Shown here: in pieces, positions 17,229 through 25,689 of the stretch
How positions within the stretch are numbered: position 1 is the first letter of the stretch
How the letters are laid out: each line of letters starts with the position of its first letter
Assembly: GCA_012514745.1 (NCBI GenBank)
Contig: JAAYZR010000007.1
Span: 1 to 53,737, forward strand
DNA length: 53,737 nucleotides
From: Candidatus Undivivens industriae
GTDB lineage: Bacteria; Omnitrophota; Gorgyraeia; Gygaellales; Profunditerraquicolaceae
Direction: 5' to 3'
Made by a program: the position numbers and the translations under genes
The notes under the pieces: model-generated
What the model was told of the DNA's origin: nothing
Seen by the model: only the letters and a program-made list of their open reading frames with translations
Database searches by the model: none

Positions 17229-17714
17229 TTATTTTGTAGAACCGCTCCCCTGTGAATTAGTAACTACGGCAGGAGGAGGAAGACTATAATTTTTATAATC
17301 GAAGAAAACGACCACGCCTTCTCTCGTTATGTCCACCACCTTCACTTCGGAATCCAGCATGTCGCCTATCTTAACGACTCTGTTGTTGACGATAGCCTGC
17401 GGAAAAGCGCCGCCCCAGATCAGACCGTTCACGGTCATCGGAGGCAGAGGCCTGGCCTGCGGGGTTTGGGCAGAAACCCCTTGCGGACTGACGGCCTTTT
17501 GCTCTACGCCTTTGAACGGGTCCTTCAATCCTTCGGCTTTATATTTAACTTCCGGGCGCGCCGGGACCAGGGATTGCTTACCTGCTTCCGCATCGGCGGG
17601 GCTGGAAGTAAAAGCGCTCTCCGCTCCCCCGGGCACGGCAAAACAAACCGCACAGCCGAATGCCAGATAAACCAGAATCGCCGGTAATATTATCCTTGTT
17701 TGTCTTACAGTCAT
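17229..17714 (-). CDS. Secreted or lipoprotein-like protein, PilP-like by position
   Basis: It has an N-terminal hydrophobic signal (ILPAILVYLAFGCAV) and a C-terminal beta-rich segment LIWGGAFPQAIVNNRVVKIGDMLDSEVKVVDITREGVVV. It lies between pilO and pilQ. The assignment rests on position and pattern only. Confidence 0.45.
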   Translation of the reverse strand: MTVRQTRIILPAILVYLAFGCAVCFAVPGGAESAFTSSPADAEAGKQSLVPARPEVKYKAEGLKDPFKGVEQKAVSPQGVSAQTPQARPLPPMTVNGLIWGGAFPQAIVNNRVVKIGDMLDSEVKVVDITREGVVVFFDYKNYSLPPPAVVTNSQGSGSTK

Positions 17715-17808
17715 TCGCTTTTCCCGCTCTCCCGTTTACGCTCCGAACCCGCTCGATAATCCGTTCCGTAACCTGCCGGCGGGCAATCCAAGGATATCCT
17801 GCGGAGCT

Positions 17809-18378
17809 TCATTTCTGCAGGTTCTTGACCCAGACCGTGTTGATTACAAGCTCCGCTTTCAGCCTTCTGCCCCTATCTTCGCTTCCGTCCTCTTCATTCC
17901 GGCCATCCTGCTGCTTTTCGGCGGGCTGGATGGAAAGAGTATAAACCATGAATATCTCCGGAGATTCTTCCAGCTTGCTGATAAACTTGCCTAAAGAATG
18001 ATAATCCTTGGCAAGAACGGTCAGCTCGTAGCCATAGCGCGTGTATGCGGAATAATCCACATCGCCGCGGGGTCTCACGGAAATGATGGAGACCGAAAAA
18101 TCCTTGGCGAAGTTACTGATGGTATTCAGCACCGCGTTGAGATCCTTGGAATTGATGAGCTGCTTATACGCGTTTATCTTCTTCTCCGACTGGCTGATAA
18201 CGTTAAGGATCTCGTTTTTCTTTATCTCGTTCTCTTTCTGGATCTTCAGCGCCTCGATCTTCTTGGCGTAAATGCCGTACACGTTGTTGGCCACTATCAA
18301 CGCGAAGAACAGCACGGCGGCGTTGATCACTTTGCTTTTGTGCTTTTGCAGAAGTTCCGCGGTATTTAAAGTATTCAT
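17809..18378 (-). CDS. pilO: PilO-like pilus assembly protein
   Basis: 189 aa with a single TM segment (VINAAVLFFALIVANNVYGIY), a coiled-coil region and a C-terminal alpha/beta domain. There is a 4-nt overlap with pilMN. Confidence 0.7.
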   Translation of the reverse strand: MNTLNTAELLQKHKSKVINAAVLFFALIVANNVYGIYAKKIEALKIQKENEIKKNEILNVISQSEKKINAYKQLINSKDLNAVLNTISNFAKDFSVSIISVRPRGDVDYSAYTRYGYELTVLAKDYHSLGKFISKLEESPEIFMVYTLSIQPAEKQQDGRNEEDGSEDRGRRLKAELVINTVWVKNLQK

Positions 18379-19970
18379 TTAGCCACCTGCGATTTTACGC
18401 CCTTGCAGTTTATCTCGAAATCGGTCATCATCGAACTGCCGGTCTTGTTCTGTTCGACCGAAGTAATGCTCATATCCTTGAAGTAATCGCCGAACACCGG
18501 AAGCCCCCGCAGATTATTAAGGAACGAATTCACCAGGTTCATTTCCGTCTCGTTATCGCCCGCGTAAGCTATACCGCGCAAAAGCAGTTCGGCGTTCGTA
18601 TCGTCTTTCTTGAAAATCAACTCCTTGAGCCATACGCCGTCCGGAAGCGAACGGGGTATGCCGTCGAGCAGTCCGGTTATATAAAGCTGTTTCTTTATCA
18701 ACGCCTCGAGATCCTTGAGCCTTTTTCTATAGGAATCGTTTATAGTAGTCAACTCGTCCGGGCTGAGATCCACGGAGACGGAGGTCACGGAAGGCCGCAT
18801 GCTGATGATATTGGCAAATTCCTGTTCCACCGGTTTGAGACGGTATAACCCTATAAGAAAAGCGAGCGCGCAGATCAACAACCCCACGATCACCGTCTTG
18901 GGATTGATCTTGATGTCGGCGGCAAGGTTACCGACCCCGGCGGCTACCCCTGCTGCCTTGCCGTGGGGCTTCTTCACGGCCAGGAGCCTCTGCTTCGGAT
19001 TTACCACGTCCAGTTTGAAGTTGGTCTTCAGGACGCCCGATAACGCCGCGCCGTAACTCCTCAAAAGCCCCAGGTTCAAGACCGTTCCTATCTCAGCGGC
19101 ATATCTGGTGACATCTATAAAATCCAAAGGAAAACCGATCTCCTTAACGAATTCTTCGAGTATCGGACGGTAATTGCTGCCGGAGATAAAATAGACCTTT
19201 TCTATACGCTTCAGGGGGAATTTCCTCTGGTAATAATCGGCGGATATCCGTATTTCCGTCTTGAATTTTTCTATCAATTGCTCGCTGTTGCCGTTCTCCT
19301 GCCTGGGGATATCCGTTCCGCCGCGCGTGGTAAGCGGGATATCGCGGCTGAACAATGGATATCCGTTATCCAGCACCAGGAAATCCACCTCGTCTTCCGC
19401 GCTCAGATCCACGTTAAAAAGGCCTATGATACCCCTGTCGTTCACGCGCAAAAGGTTCAACAATCTCAACACGCTGAAAGCGGAATACTCCACGGTGCCG
19501 ATTTTTATGCCGCACTGGTTAAGAAGAAACTGGTGTCTGGTAAACACGTCGCGCTTTATGGCGGCGAACAGGACCATATTCCTGCGATTGATCCTGTCAA
19601 GCTGAACGTGAAAATCGAACATCAATTCCTCGAGTTTGAAGGGGATATATTTCTTGGCCTCGAAAGCGACGGCACTGTTAAGCTCGTCCTGCGGCATAAC
19701 CGGCAGTTCAAAGGTGCGGATGATAAAATCTTTGCCGGGCAGGGAAAGCACGGCGGGGGTGGAAGGTGACTTTATTTTCTTGAATTCGCTCGTCAGCAGG
19801 GCCAGTAGCGCGGCTTCTTCTTTATTCTTTTCCTGGGAGTCGGCGGCGGCAGGAACCTGCATAGGGATACTTATTGAAGTGACTACCTTCTTGTTGTCCA
19901 CTTCAACGGCATTGACGACCTGACCGCCGAAATATATCCCCAGAGAACCCGAAGCTTTTTTCCAGCTCAT
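18375..19970 (-). CDS. pilM: PilM-PilN fusion protein
   Basis: 531 aa. It has an N-terminal actin-like PilM pattern (LGIYFGGQVVNAVEVD...), an internal TM segment (TVIVGLLICALAFLIGLY), then a PilN-like periplasmic region. Confidence 0.78.
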   Translation of the reverse strand: MSWKKASGSLGIYFGGQVVNAVEVDNKKVVTSISIPMQVPAAADSQEKNKEEAALLALLTSEFKKIKSPSTPAVLSLPGKDFIIRTFELPVMPQDELNSAVAFEAKKYIPFKLEELMFDFHVQLDRINRRNMVLFAAIKRDVFTRHQFLLNQCGIKIGTVEYSAFSVLRLLNLLRVNDRGIIGLFNVDLSAEDEVDFLVLDNGYPLFSRDIPLTTRGGTDIPRQENGNSEQLIEKFKTEIRISADYYQRKFPLKRIEKVYFISGSNYRPILEEFVKEIGFPLDFIDVTRYAAEIGTVLNLGLLRSYGAALSGVLKTNFKLDVVNPKQRLLAVKKPHGKAAGVAAGVGNLAADIKINPKTVIVGLLICALAFLIGLYRLKPVEQEFANIISMRPSVTSVSVDLSPDELTTINDSYRKRLKDLEALIKKQLYITGLLDGIPRSLPDGVWLKELIFKKDDTNAELLLRGIAYAGDNETEMNLVNSFLNNLRGLPVFGDYFKDMSITSVEQNKTGSSMMTDFEINCKGVKSQVAK

Positions 19971-20179
19971 TATTTATCTCCGGTTTTCAATTCTTTGCCC
20001 GAACTCACGGATTGTTTTTTATGGTTTCTCAACCAGATATCCACTTCCCGGCGGTCGAATCTCCAAACGCCTCCTACTTTGATACCGGAAATCTTACCCT
20101 GGTGCAGCCAATTATAAATCGTCTGCTTTCCCAATTTCAGGTAAGACGCCAGATCATCGACATCGATCAAGCGGGACAT
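19970..20179 (-). CDS. Small MerR/excisionase-type helix-turn-helix DNA-binding protein
   Basis: 69 aa: LASYLKLGKQTIYNWLHQGKISGIKVGGVWRFDRREVDIWL. Its stop overlaps the pilMN ATG by 1 nt (TAATG). Confidence 0.8.
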   Translation of the reverse strand: MSRLIDVDDLASYLKLGKQTIYNWLHQGKISGIKVGGVWRFDRREVDIWLRNHKKQSVSSGKELKTGDK

Positions 20180-20311
20180 ATGCTTTAGTCGGCCTTTCTG
20201 TTGCGTTTTTTCTCAGTTGATAAAGCTCCTTGGGTTCAAGTCCGGGGTTCTTTCTCGATTTTCTCCGGAGCCGCAGAGCGGTAAAACATCTAATTTATCG
20301 CTTTGCATTCC

Positions 20312-20339
20312 ATCTTATAATCTTTTTCACTCCTGTCAA
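20312..20339 (-). promoter_or_regulatory. Candidate sigma70 promoter TTGACA-N16-TAAGAT upstream of the HTH-pilMN operon
   Basis: The -35 is the reverse complement of 20334-20339 and the -10 is the reverse complement of 20312-20317. Confidence 0.45.
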
Positions 20340-20418
20340 CTGTTTTTATATAATTTTACCGGGTTTTACTCGCTTAATACATACGGACAAAAACCGAAGA
20401 ACGCTGTCCGTCCCACGG

Positions 20419-20865
20419 CTACGGAGTAATGTCCTCTTCATTGGGTTCATAAGTGACCTTCACCGCAATACAGGCGTCCACTCCGCCGGGAGGAGAATGA
20501 GCTATGCAGGCGGAATTGCTCCTTTCGCTTACGGTAATCGCTATCTCTCTGATCGCCTTGACAAGGGTCTCATCGTTTACCACGTAACCGGAGCATGAGT
20601 GAAAAGCGCTGTTGCAGATATAATTCGTGTAAGTCAGCCCCGATGCCGGCATCGGCCAATGGGTGGAGTCGTCGTTGCGGCTGAGGCGCTCGTATCCGTA
20701 ATTCATCCCGGCGAGGGCCGCGTAATAGGCCTGGACGCGGCCGACATGTTTCCTGGAGAGAGACGTATTACTAAGTACGATGTTGAGCACGACACTTCCC
20801 AGTATGCCCGCGAAAATGATCACGCCCAGAACCACGAAAAGGACCATCCCACCGGAACGTCCCAT
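20419..20865 (-). CDS. PilX-N-like membrane-anchored protein (putative minor pilus component)
   Basis: MGRSGGMVLFVVLGVIIFAGILGSVVLNIVLSNTSLSRKHVGRVQAYYAALAGMNYG resembles PilX N-terminal domains. I trimmed the start from 21042 because the extension overlaps the wHTH gene. There is no clear SD. Confidence 0.55.
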   Translation of the reverse strand: MGRSGGMVLFVVLGVIIFAGILGSVVLNIVLSNTSLSRKHVGRVQAYYAALAGMNYGYERLSRNDDSTHWPMPASGLTYTNYICNSAFHSCSGYVVNDETLVKAIREIAITVSERSNSACIAHSPPGGVDACIAVKVTYEPNEEDITP

Positions 20866-20870
20866 ATATT

Positions 20871-21077
20871 CTAAAGATTCTTGCGCAGCGTTATGGAGAA
20901 ATCGTCCCCTGTCTTCTGCAGGATAACGTGCCCTTCCCGAGCCAGCCATCCCAGGCTGAGCAAGAGATTGTCTCTCGATCTGTCCAGGCCGCGGGCCAGA
21001 ATGGACAAACTGACATCCCCGTGCTGATCCAGATAATGCCATATCTCTCCCGCCACTATGCCTATCTCGATGATCAT
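20871..21077 (-). CDS. Small winged-helix (DUF2582-like) protein
   Basis: 68 aa: GEIWHYLDQHGDVSLSILARGLDRSRDNLLLSLGWLAREGHV matches the wHTH pattern of that family, from memory. Confidence 0.6.
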   Translation of the reverse strand: MIIEIGIVAGEIWHYLDQHGDVSLSILARGLDRSRDNLLLSLGWLAREGHVILQKTGDDFSITLRKNL

Positions 21078-21173
21078 TCTCCCCTCCCTTTAGGTTGATC
21101 TTTTTATGCCCCGCCGTATAAAAACCGGGTCACGAACTTTCCGCAGATATTATAAGCGCAATCAAAGCGGCGG

Positions 21174-21443
21174 TCAACTTTTTTCCGGGCGTCTCGCGGC
21201 CGAGGGCCTCAAGCCCGAATCCCTGCTGTTGTAACTGCCGCAGCGCGGACAAAGCGAGATCTTATCGTCCTTTGTATTGATATAAATATGCGTGCATATC
21301 GCACAAAGCCAAACGTGGCGGGCATCCAGCGACAAACCGCTCTTACCCCTGCCTTCGCGCAACGACAGGAACGCGGCCGCGGCGGCAGCCGTAACTGCCA
21401 GCATGACGGCGCAAAGCGCCCAAGAAAAGTCAACGTTCAACAT
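21174..21443 (-). CDS. Membrane-anchored zinc-ribbon protein (hypothetical)
   Basis: 89 aa with an N-terminal TM segment (ALCAVMLAVTAAAAAAFL) followed by CAIC-x18-CPRC. Confidence 0.5.
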   Translation of the reverse strand: MLNVDFSWALCAVMLAVTAAAAAAFLSLREGRGKSGLSLDARHVWLCAICTHIYINTKDDKISLCPRCGSYNSRDSGLRPSAARRPEKS

Positions 21444-22086
21444 GAGAAGGAGAGAAATCCACCTCCACGTTATGCCATCTGCCGCCCTGAAAATAGCGGC
21501 GTTGCAAAAAGAGGTAATATGCGACCTGCCGAAGCGCTATCAAATCCGCTTCAAGATTACCGCAGGAAGTTTTCCTTTTCACTTCGATGTACTCAGCCCT
21601 TCCGCCGGCAGAGGGAGCTATCCTGAACAATAGCTCTATATGCGCTTTTTCCCTGTCCTTGAAATACAAAGGAAAATAGGCCGGAAGCAGCGGATACATG
21701 GAAAGCGGTTTGTTCTCCGTCCTGCGAAAAACGGCGGCGTCTGACGGAATGACGGCGGAGACCTTATCGGCCGCCATGGACGGCGCCGCGGAAAGTAAAG
21801 GGTTCCTGTCCGAAAAGAACCGCGGCCGGTTACCCGCGGGCCCGGACGGGCAAGGCACCCGGAATTTCAACTTCGCCGCCGGAAACCGGACAGCCGGCCC
21901 GCCGGCCGGCGCAGTCCCGTCGAGGTCGTAATGCTCCAGCAGCCCGGCGCCGAAAAAGACATAAGGATATCCGCTCTGCCGGGCCCGGCTTCCGCTATAA
22001 AGAAAAGAAACGGAGAAAAGACTCAACGCGATCAGGTGAACAGCCAGAGAAATGAAAGTTACCGGACAGATTTCCCGAAACCGCAT
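21430..22086 (-). CDS. TonB/TolA-like energy transducer
   Basis: It has an N-terminal anchor (VTFISLAVHLIALSLF), a Pro/Ala-rich linker and a TonB_C-like end (YPLLPAYF...KAHIELLFRIAPSAGGRAEYIEVKRKTSCGNLEADLIALRQV). It follows exbB-exbD. Confidence 0.6.
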   Translation of the reverse strand: MRFREICPVTFISLAVHLIALSLFSVSFLYSGSRARQSGYPYVFFGAGLLEHYDLDGTAPAGGPAVRFPAAKLKFRVPCPSGPAGNRPRFFSDRNPLLSAAPSMAADKVSAVIPSDAAVFRRTENKPLSMYPLLPAYFPLYFKDREKAHIELLFRIAPSAGGRAEYIEVKRKTSCGNLEADLIALRQVAYYLFLQRRYFQGGRWHNVEVDFSPSHVER

Positions 22087-22089
22087 AGT

Positions 22090-22500
22090 CTAACGCTCCG
22101 TAAGGATATTTATCCGTTCCGCGCCGGCCCGGCGGCACTTGTTCCATACGCCGGCAAGCAGGGAGACCGGCACCTTGCCGGAAACCTTTATCACCAGCAC
22201 TTTTTCTCCCGCGAAAGAAGCCGCCAGCTTTTCAGCGATACGCTCAAGCGGGACCGGCCTGCCGTTCAACAGCATACTCTCTTCCCCGCGCACGATAAGC
22301 TCGTTAAAAGCCCGGCCGGATTCACGATAACTTTCTGCCGGCAGGGGATTCAGTGCAAGCGGAAGCCGGCAGAAATCTCCGGAAGCGCAAACGAAAAAAA
22401 TCAAAAGAAGAAGGAAAATATTTATCAATGGAACGGAAACCACGCTCCCCGCCCAGGATTTTTTATATACGGCATTCCTGATGAACCTGTGAAAATCCAA
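22090..22500 (-). CDS. exbD: ExbD/TolR biopolymer transport protein
   Basis: 136 aa with a single TM segment (PLINIFLLLLIFFV) and an ExbD-like periplasmic domain (VLVIKVSGKVPVSLLAGVWNKCRRAG). Confidence 0.85.
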   Translation of the reverse strand: MDFHRFIRNAVYKKSWAGSVVSVPLINIFLLLLIFFVCASGDFCRLPLALNPLPAESYRESGRAFNELIVRGEESMLLNGRPVPLERIAEKLAASFAGEKVLVIKVSGKVPVSLLAGVWNKCRRAGAERINILTER

Positions 22501-22533
22501 ATTTTTATCCTCCGGCGAAGCCGCGTTCCCGTT

Positions 22534-23151
22534 TCATCCGAAAAGTAATTCCACAAGATTATCGGCGGCCTTTTCCATCTCCAGGACCTGACCGTTGACG
22601 GCGGAAACGAAATAATTATAAGCGAGAAAAGCGGGGACCGCAGTCCCGATGCCGGCCGCGGTACAGACCAAGGCCTGCCAGATACCGGCATACAATTCAG
22701 CCGGATAGAAAGGCTCCAGGGCAACGGCGCGTAAATGTACGGCGTGAAAACAGTATATCATCCCGGCCACCGTCCCCAGCATCCCAAGCAAGGGCGCCAA
22801 TTGGAAAATCGCGGACAGCAGCGGCAGACAGGACTCCAGCCTGGGGATCTCGTAGCGCGCGGCATTCTCCATCGTTTCCTTCACCTCCTGCCTGTTCCTG
22901 TCGAATTTCAATATACCCGCCTTGAGGATCGAAGCCGCCGGCGCAGAAGATGCCTCGCAAATCTCAAGAGCTTCTTTAATGCGGTTATGCTTTATATTAT
23001 CCGATACCGCTGAAAGCAGGCGCTCGTTGGCTCTGCGCATGGACCGCAGCTGCCTGAACTTTATGATGATTATCGCGAACGCCGTCACCGAGCAGAACAG
23101 GATCGGCCACATCAGAGGGCCGCCGGAAAAGAATAATTCCCACGCACTCAT
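22534..23151 (-). CDS. exbB: MotA/TolQ/ExbB proton channel protein
   Basis: 205 aa with 3 TM segments. The conserved C-terminal part is LAPLLGMLGTVAGMI...ALVCTAAGIGTAVPAFLAYNYF. Confidence 0.88.
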   Translation of the reverse strand: MSAWELFFSGGPLMWPILFCSVTAFAIIIIKFRQLRSMRRANERLLSAVSDNIKHNRIKEALEICEASSAPAASILKAGILKFDRNRQEVKETMENAARYEIPRLESCLPLLSAIFQLAPLLGMLGTVAGMIYCFHAVHLRAVALEPFYPAELYAGIWQALVCTAAGIGTAVPAFLAYNYFVSAVNGQVLEMEKAADNLVELLFG

Positions 23152-25664
23152 TTTTCAGTCTTTCCTTTCTTCTCCTCCGCCGCCAGAATCTCCAGTCGTT
23201 CCCCTGCGTACTTAGCTTCCGGCACCGGCATCGCGCTTATTTTTTCGTATATTTTGCGCGCTTCTTTGAAATTCGCCGTTTTTTCATAGATACCGGCTAC
23301 GCGCAAAAGGGCCTTTAAGGAGACCGCGCTGTCCGGATAAAGCGCGTATATCCTAATGAATTCCCCGGCGGCATCCTCTTCCCGGTCTTCGGCCTGCAGT
23401 ATGTCGGCGAGCTTGAAATGTATCTCCGGCATTTCTTTGGAAGAGACGCACTTCAACGCCTGCCGGTAACTGGAAACGGCCTCTTCTTTATTGCCTTCAA
23501 GAAGGTAAAGATCGCCGATGCGCGGCAAGACCAGCCCGGCCATATGCGGATAATCGGCGAGTATATCTTTATATAAACTCATCGCTTCGGCGGCCTTCCC
23601 CTGTTTGGCGTATATATCGGCAACGGCAACGGAAGCGTTCCCGGCCATGTCCGATTTCCCTTTATCCATAAGCTTCTTGAAACTTTCTATCGCCTGGTCA
23701 TCCTTGCCTTCTTCCTCGTCTATGGCGCCGATATAATAATAAGCCGCGGGAGCGAGACTGCTTGAAGAGAAGTCCGAAGCCAGCGTGCTGAAATACCTCC
23801 TGGCCATTACCGCGTCGCCATGGCGGTAATAATATTCCCCCAGCCACCAGATCACCTCCGGGGTCAGGGTGGAATCCGGATATTTCGAGCGCAGCGTATT
23901 GAAACGCGCCATGGCTTCTTTCTCGTCGCCCATCTGGTAAAAACAATCCGCTATCTCGTATTCGCATTTCTGCACGAGAACGGCATCGGAAGGATATTGC
24001 TTGATTATTTCACGGAAAATATCCTGCGCCTCCCTGTATTTTCCCTGGTTAAACAGCGCCGAGGCCAGCAGATACAACGCATCCTGCCGTATGCCGCTTT
24101 CCCGGAAAGCGTTCAAGAAAACGCGCAGCGTCTCGGCGGCCGGCAGATAATCTTCTTTCTGGAAATAAGCCAGCCCCAAGGCGTAGGATATTTCGTCCCG
24201 CAGGGTGGAAGAAGGGTAATCGTTTCTCGCCGTTTTTAAAGCGGTCACCGCTCCCTCGTAATCGGAGGCTTTCATCAGCGCCAGCCCGGACTGGTAACGC
24301 ACGTAATCGTTATATACGCTGTCGGGGTATTCCTTCAATATCCTGCGGTAAGTATCGAAGGCCTTGATATATTCGCCCGAGTCCTGATAAGCGTCTCCCA
24401 CCTGGCAAAGCGCTCCCACTTTGACCAGATTGTCGCTGCTGGCGGCGGCTATACTGCTGAACGCCTCGATGGCCCGCCTGAACTCCCCCTCTTTCAGCAG
24501 CGACCAGGCCAGGCCGTATTGAAACTTATCCTTTATCTCCGACTGGACTGCGCCTCCGTATTCCTTTAAACCTTCTTCGTAGGCGGAAACGGCTTCGCCG
24601 AAACGGGACATGGCGTAAAGAGCATCTCCTTTTCCCAAACAGGCCTGCGCTTTCACGTTCCGGTCGAACGATCTGGCCAACAGTTCCCCGTAAATGTTCA
24701 ATGCGCCGCCGCTATCCCCGCATTCGGCGGCCAGCGCCGCTTTACCCAGAAGAAGGATCTCGGTATTCGGCCCGTCGAGTTCCTCGACTCTCACCGCGGA
24801 GAACATCTCCCGGGCCTTTTCCGCGTTCTTCATTTTCAGATAAGCCCATCCGCAGCCGAGGTTGGCCAGCGCCTGCATCTGCGCCGGCGCGTGTTGCGAA
24901 ATCACCGCCGAATAGGCCGAACAGGCTTCGGCATATTTACCCGTGTAATAATCCGCCTCGGCGGCGTAATAGTCCAGATAGGCTTTCTTCCGCTCGTCAG
25001 CCGGGTAATTCTTGCGCCAGGCGATCACAGCATCGCTCAGAGAACGGTAATCACGCAGGTTATACAAACATTCGAGGGCTTTGAAAGCCGCCTCGCTTCT
25101 TGTAACCATATCCGCTGAAGGCAGCCGGGACACCGCCGTAAATTGTTCAAAGGCTTCTTTGAAGCTGCCTTCCTCGAAAGAACACCATCCGAGCGAATAC
25201 AACGAAGCCGGATAATACCTGGACGACTGGAATTTATCAGACACCTTGCGGTAATATTCCCGCGCCTTAAGGAAGTTCTTGCTTTTTAAATGCGTCTCGC
25301 CGATCCAGTAAAACAGGGCGTCCTCCACCGGGCCGGACAACTGCGGATTGGATAACAAGGTGTCGAGAACGGACAGGGCGTCCTGGTATTTTCCCTGAAA
25401 GAAAAGGCACTGCCCGGAAAGCAGCTCGGCCTCCGCCTTCCTGGAGGAAAAAGGGTAATTCTGGCTGAAACGGGAAAGCAGATTCAGGCAGACATCGTAG
25501 AAACCGTCGTCGAACGCCTTGCGCGCCACATAGAAAGCTTCCGTCTCCCTGATATCCGCCGCCTTCTGCTGCGGATAGGCCCTTGACTGCAGGACTGGAG
25601 AAAACAACGCCGCGGCGGCGAACAGGAATGCGGCGCATCCCGGCGTTACATACTTGTTCAACAT
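23148..25664 (-). CDS. Large secreted TPR-repeat protein (multiple YbgF/BamD-like units)
   Basis: 838 aa with a signal peptide. It contains many repeats of the pattern F..A...Y..G.Y..A...F......P.S....A. Confidence 0.85.
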   Translation of the reverse strand: MLNKYVTPGCAAFLFAAAALFSPVLQSRAYPQQKAADIRETEAFYVARKAFDDGFYDVCLNLLSRFSQNYPFSSRKAEAELLSGQCLFFQGKYQDALSVLDTLLSNPQLSGPVEDALFYWIGETHLKSKNFLKAREYYRKVSDKFQSSRYYPASLYSLGWCSFEEGSFKEAFEQFTAVSRLPSADMVTRSEAAFKALECLYNLRDYRSLSDAVIAWRKNYPADERKKAYLDYYAAEADYYTGKYAEACSAYSAVISQHAPAQMQALANLGCGWAYLKMKNAEKAREMFSAVRVEELDGPNTEILLLGKAALAAECGDSGGALNIYGELLARSFDRNVKAQACLGKGDALYAMSRFGEAVSAYEEGLKEYGGAVQSEIKDKFQYGLAWSLLKEGEFRRAIEAFSSIAAASSDNLVKVGALCQVGDAYQDSGEYIKAFDTYRRILKEYPDSVYNDYVRYQSGLALMKASDYEGAVTALKTARNDYPSSTLRDEISYALGLAYFQKEDYLPAAETLRVFLNAFRESGIRQDALYLLASALFNQGKYREAQDIFREIIKQYPSDAVLVQKCEYEIADCFYQMGDEKEAMARFNTLRSKYPDSTLTPEVIWWLGEYYYRHGDAVMARRYFSTLASDFSSSSLAPAAYYYIGAIDEEEGKDDQAIESFKKLMDKGKSDMAGNASVAVADIYAKQGKAAEAMSLYKDILADYPHMAGLVLPRIGDLYLLEGNKEEAVSSYRQALKCVSSKEMPEIHFKLADILQAEDREEDAAGEFIRIYALYPDSAVSLKALLRVAGIYEKTANFKEARKIYEKISAMPVPEAKYAGERLEILAAEEKKGKTEK

Positions 25665-25689
25665 GTTGTCATCACCTTTTTCAGCGTTT

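Noticed and set aside
19970-20179. Excisionase-family HTH as a marker of a prophage or integrative element
   Set aside because: No integrase, att-like repeats, phage genes or compositional break are nearby. The gene is translationally coupled to pilMN, so a regulatory role is more likely.
20229-20250. tRNA T-arm-like sequence CCTTGGGTTCAAGTCCGGGG (possible tRNA fragment or integration scar)
   Set aside because: No acceptor, D or anticodon arms can be drawn around it. It belongs to the CCGGG-type hairpin repeats seen in other spacers.
20866-21042. N-terminal 59-aa extension of the PilX-like ORF
   Set aside because: It overlaps the entire wHTH gene in another frame and is Arg/Gly/Ala-rich. 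The hydrophobic PilX-like N-terminus begins right after the internal Met at 20865.
21209-21433. 74-aa alternative-frame ORF overlapping the Zn-ribbon ORF. Internal minus-strand ORFs of the same kind occur at 8467-8673, 16476-16856, 22425-22724, 22697-22960, 23698-23967, 25267-25638, 37118-37927 and 51314-51760.
   Set aside because: They are nested out of frame inside better-supported genes and have Arg/Gly-rich composition with no motifs.
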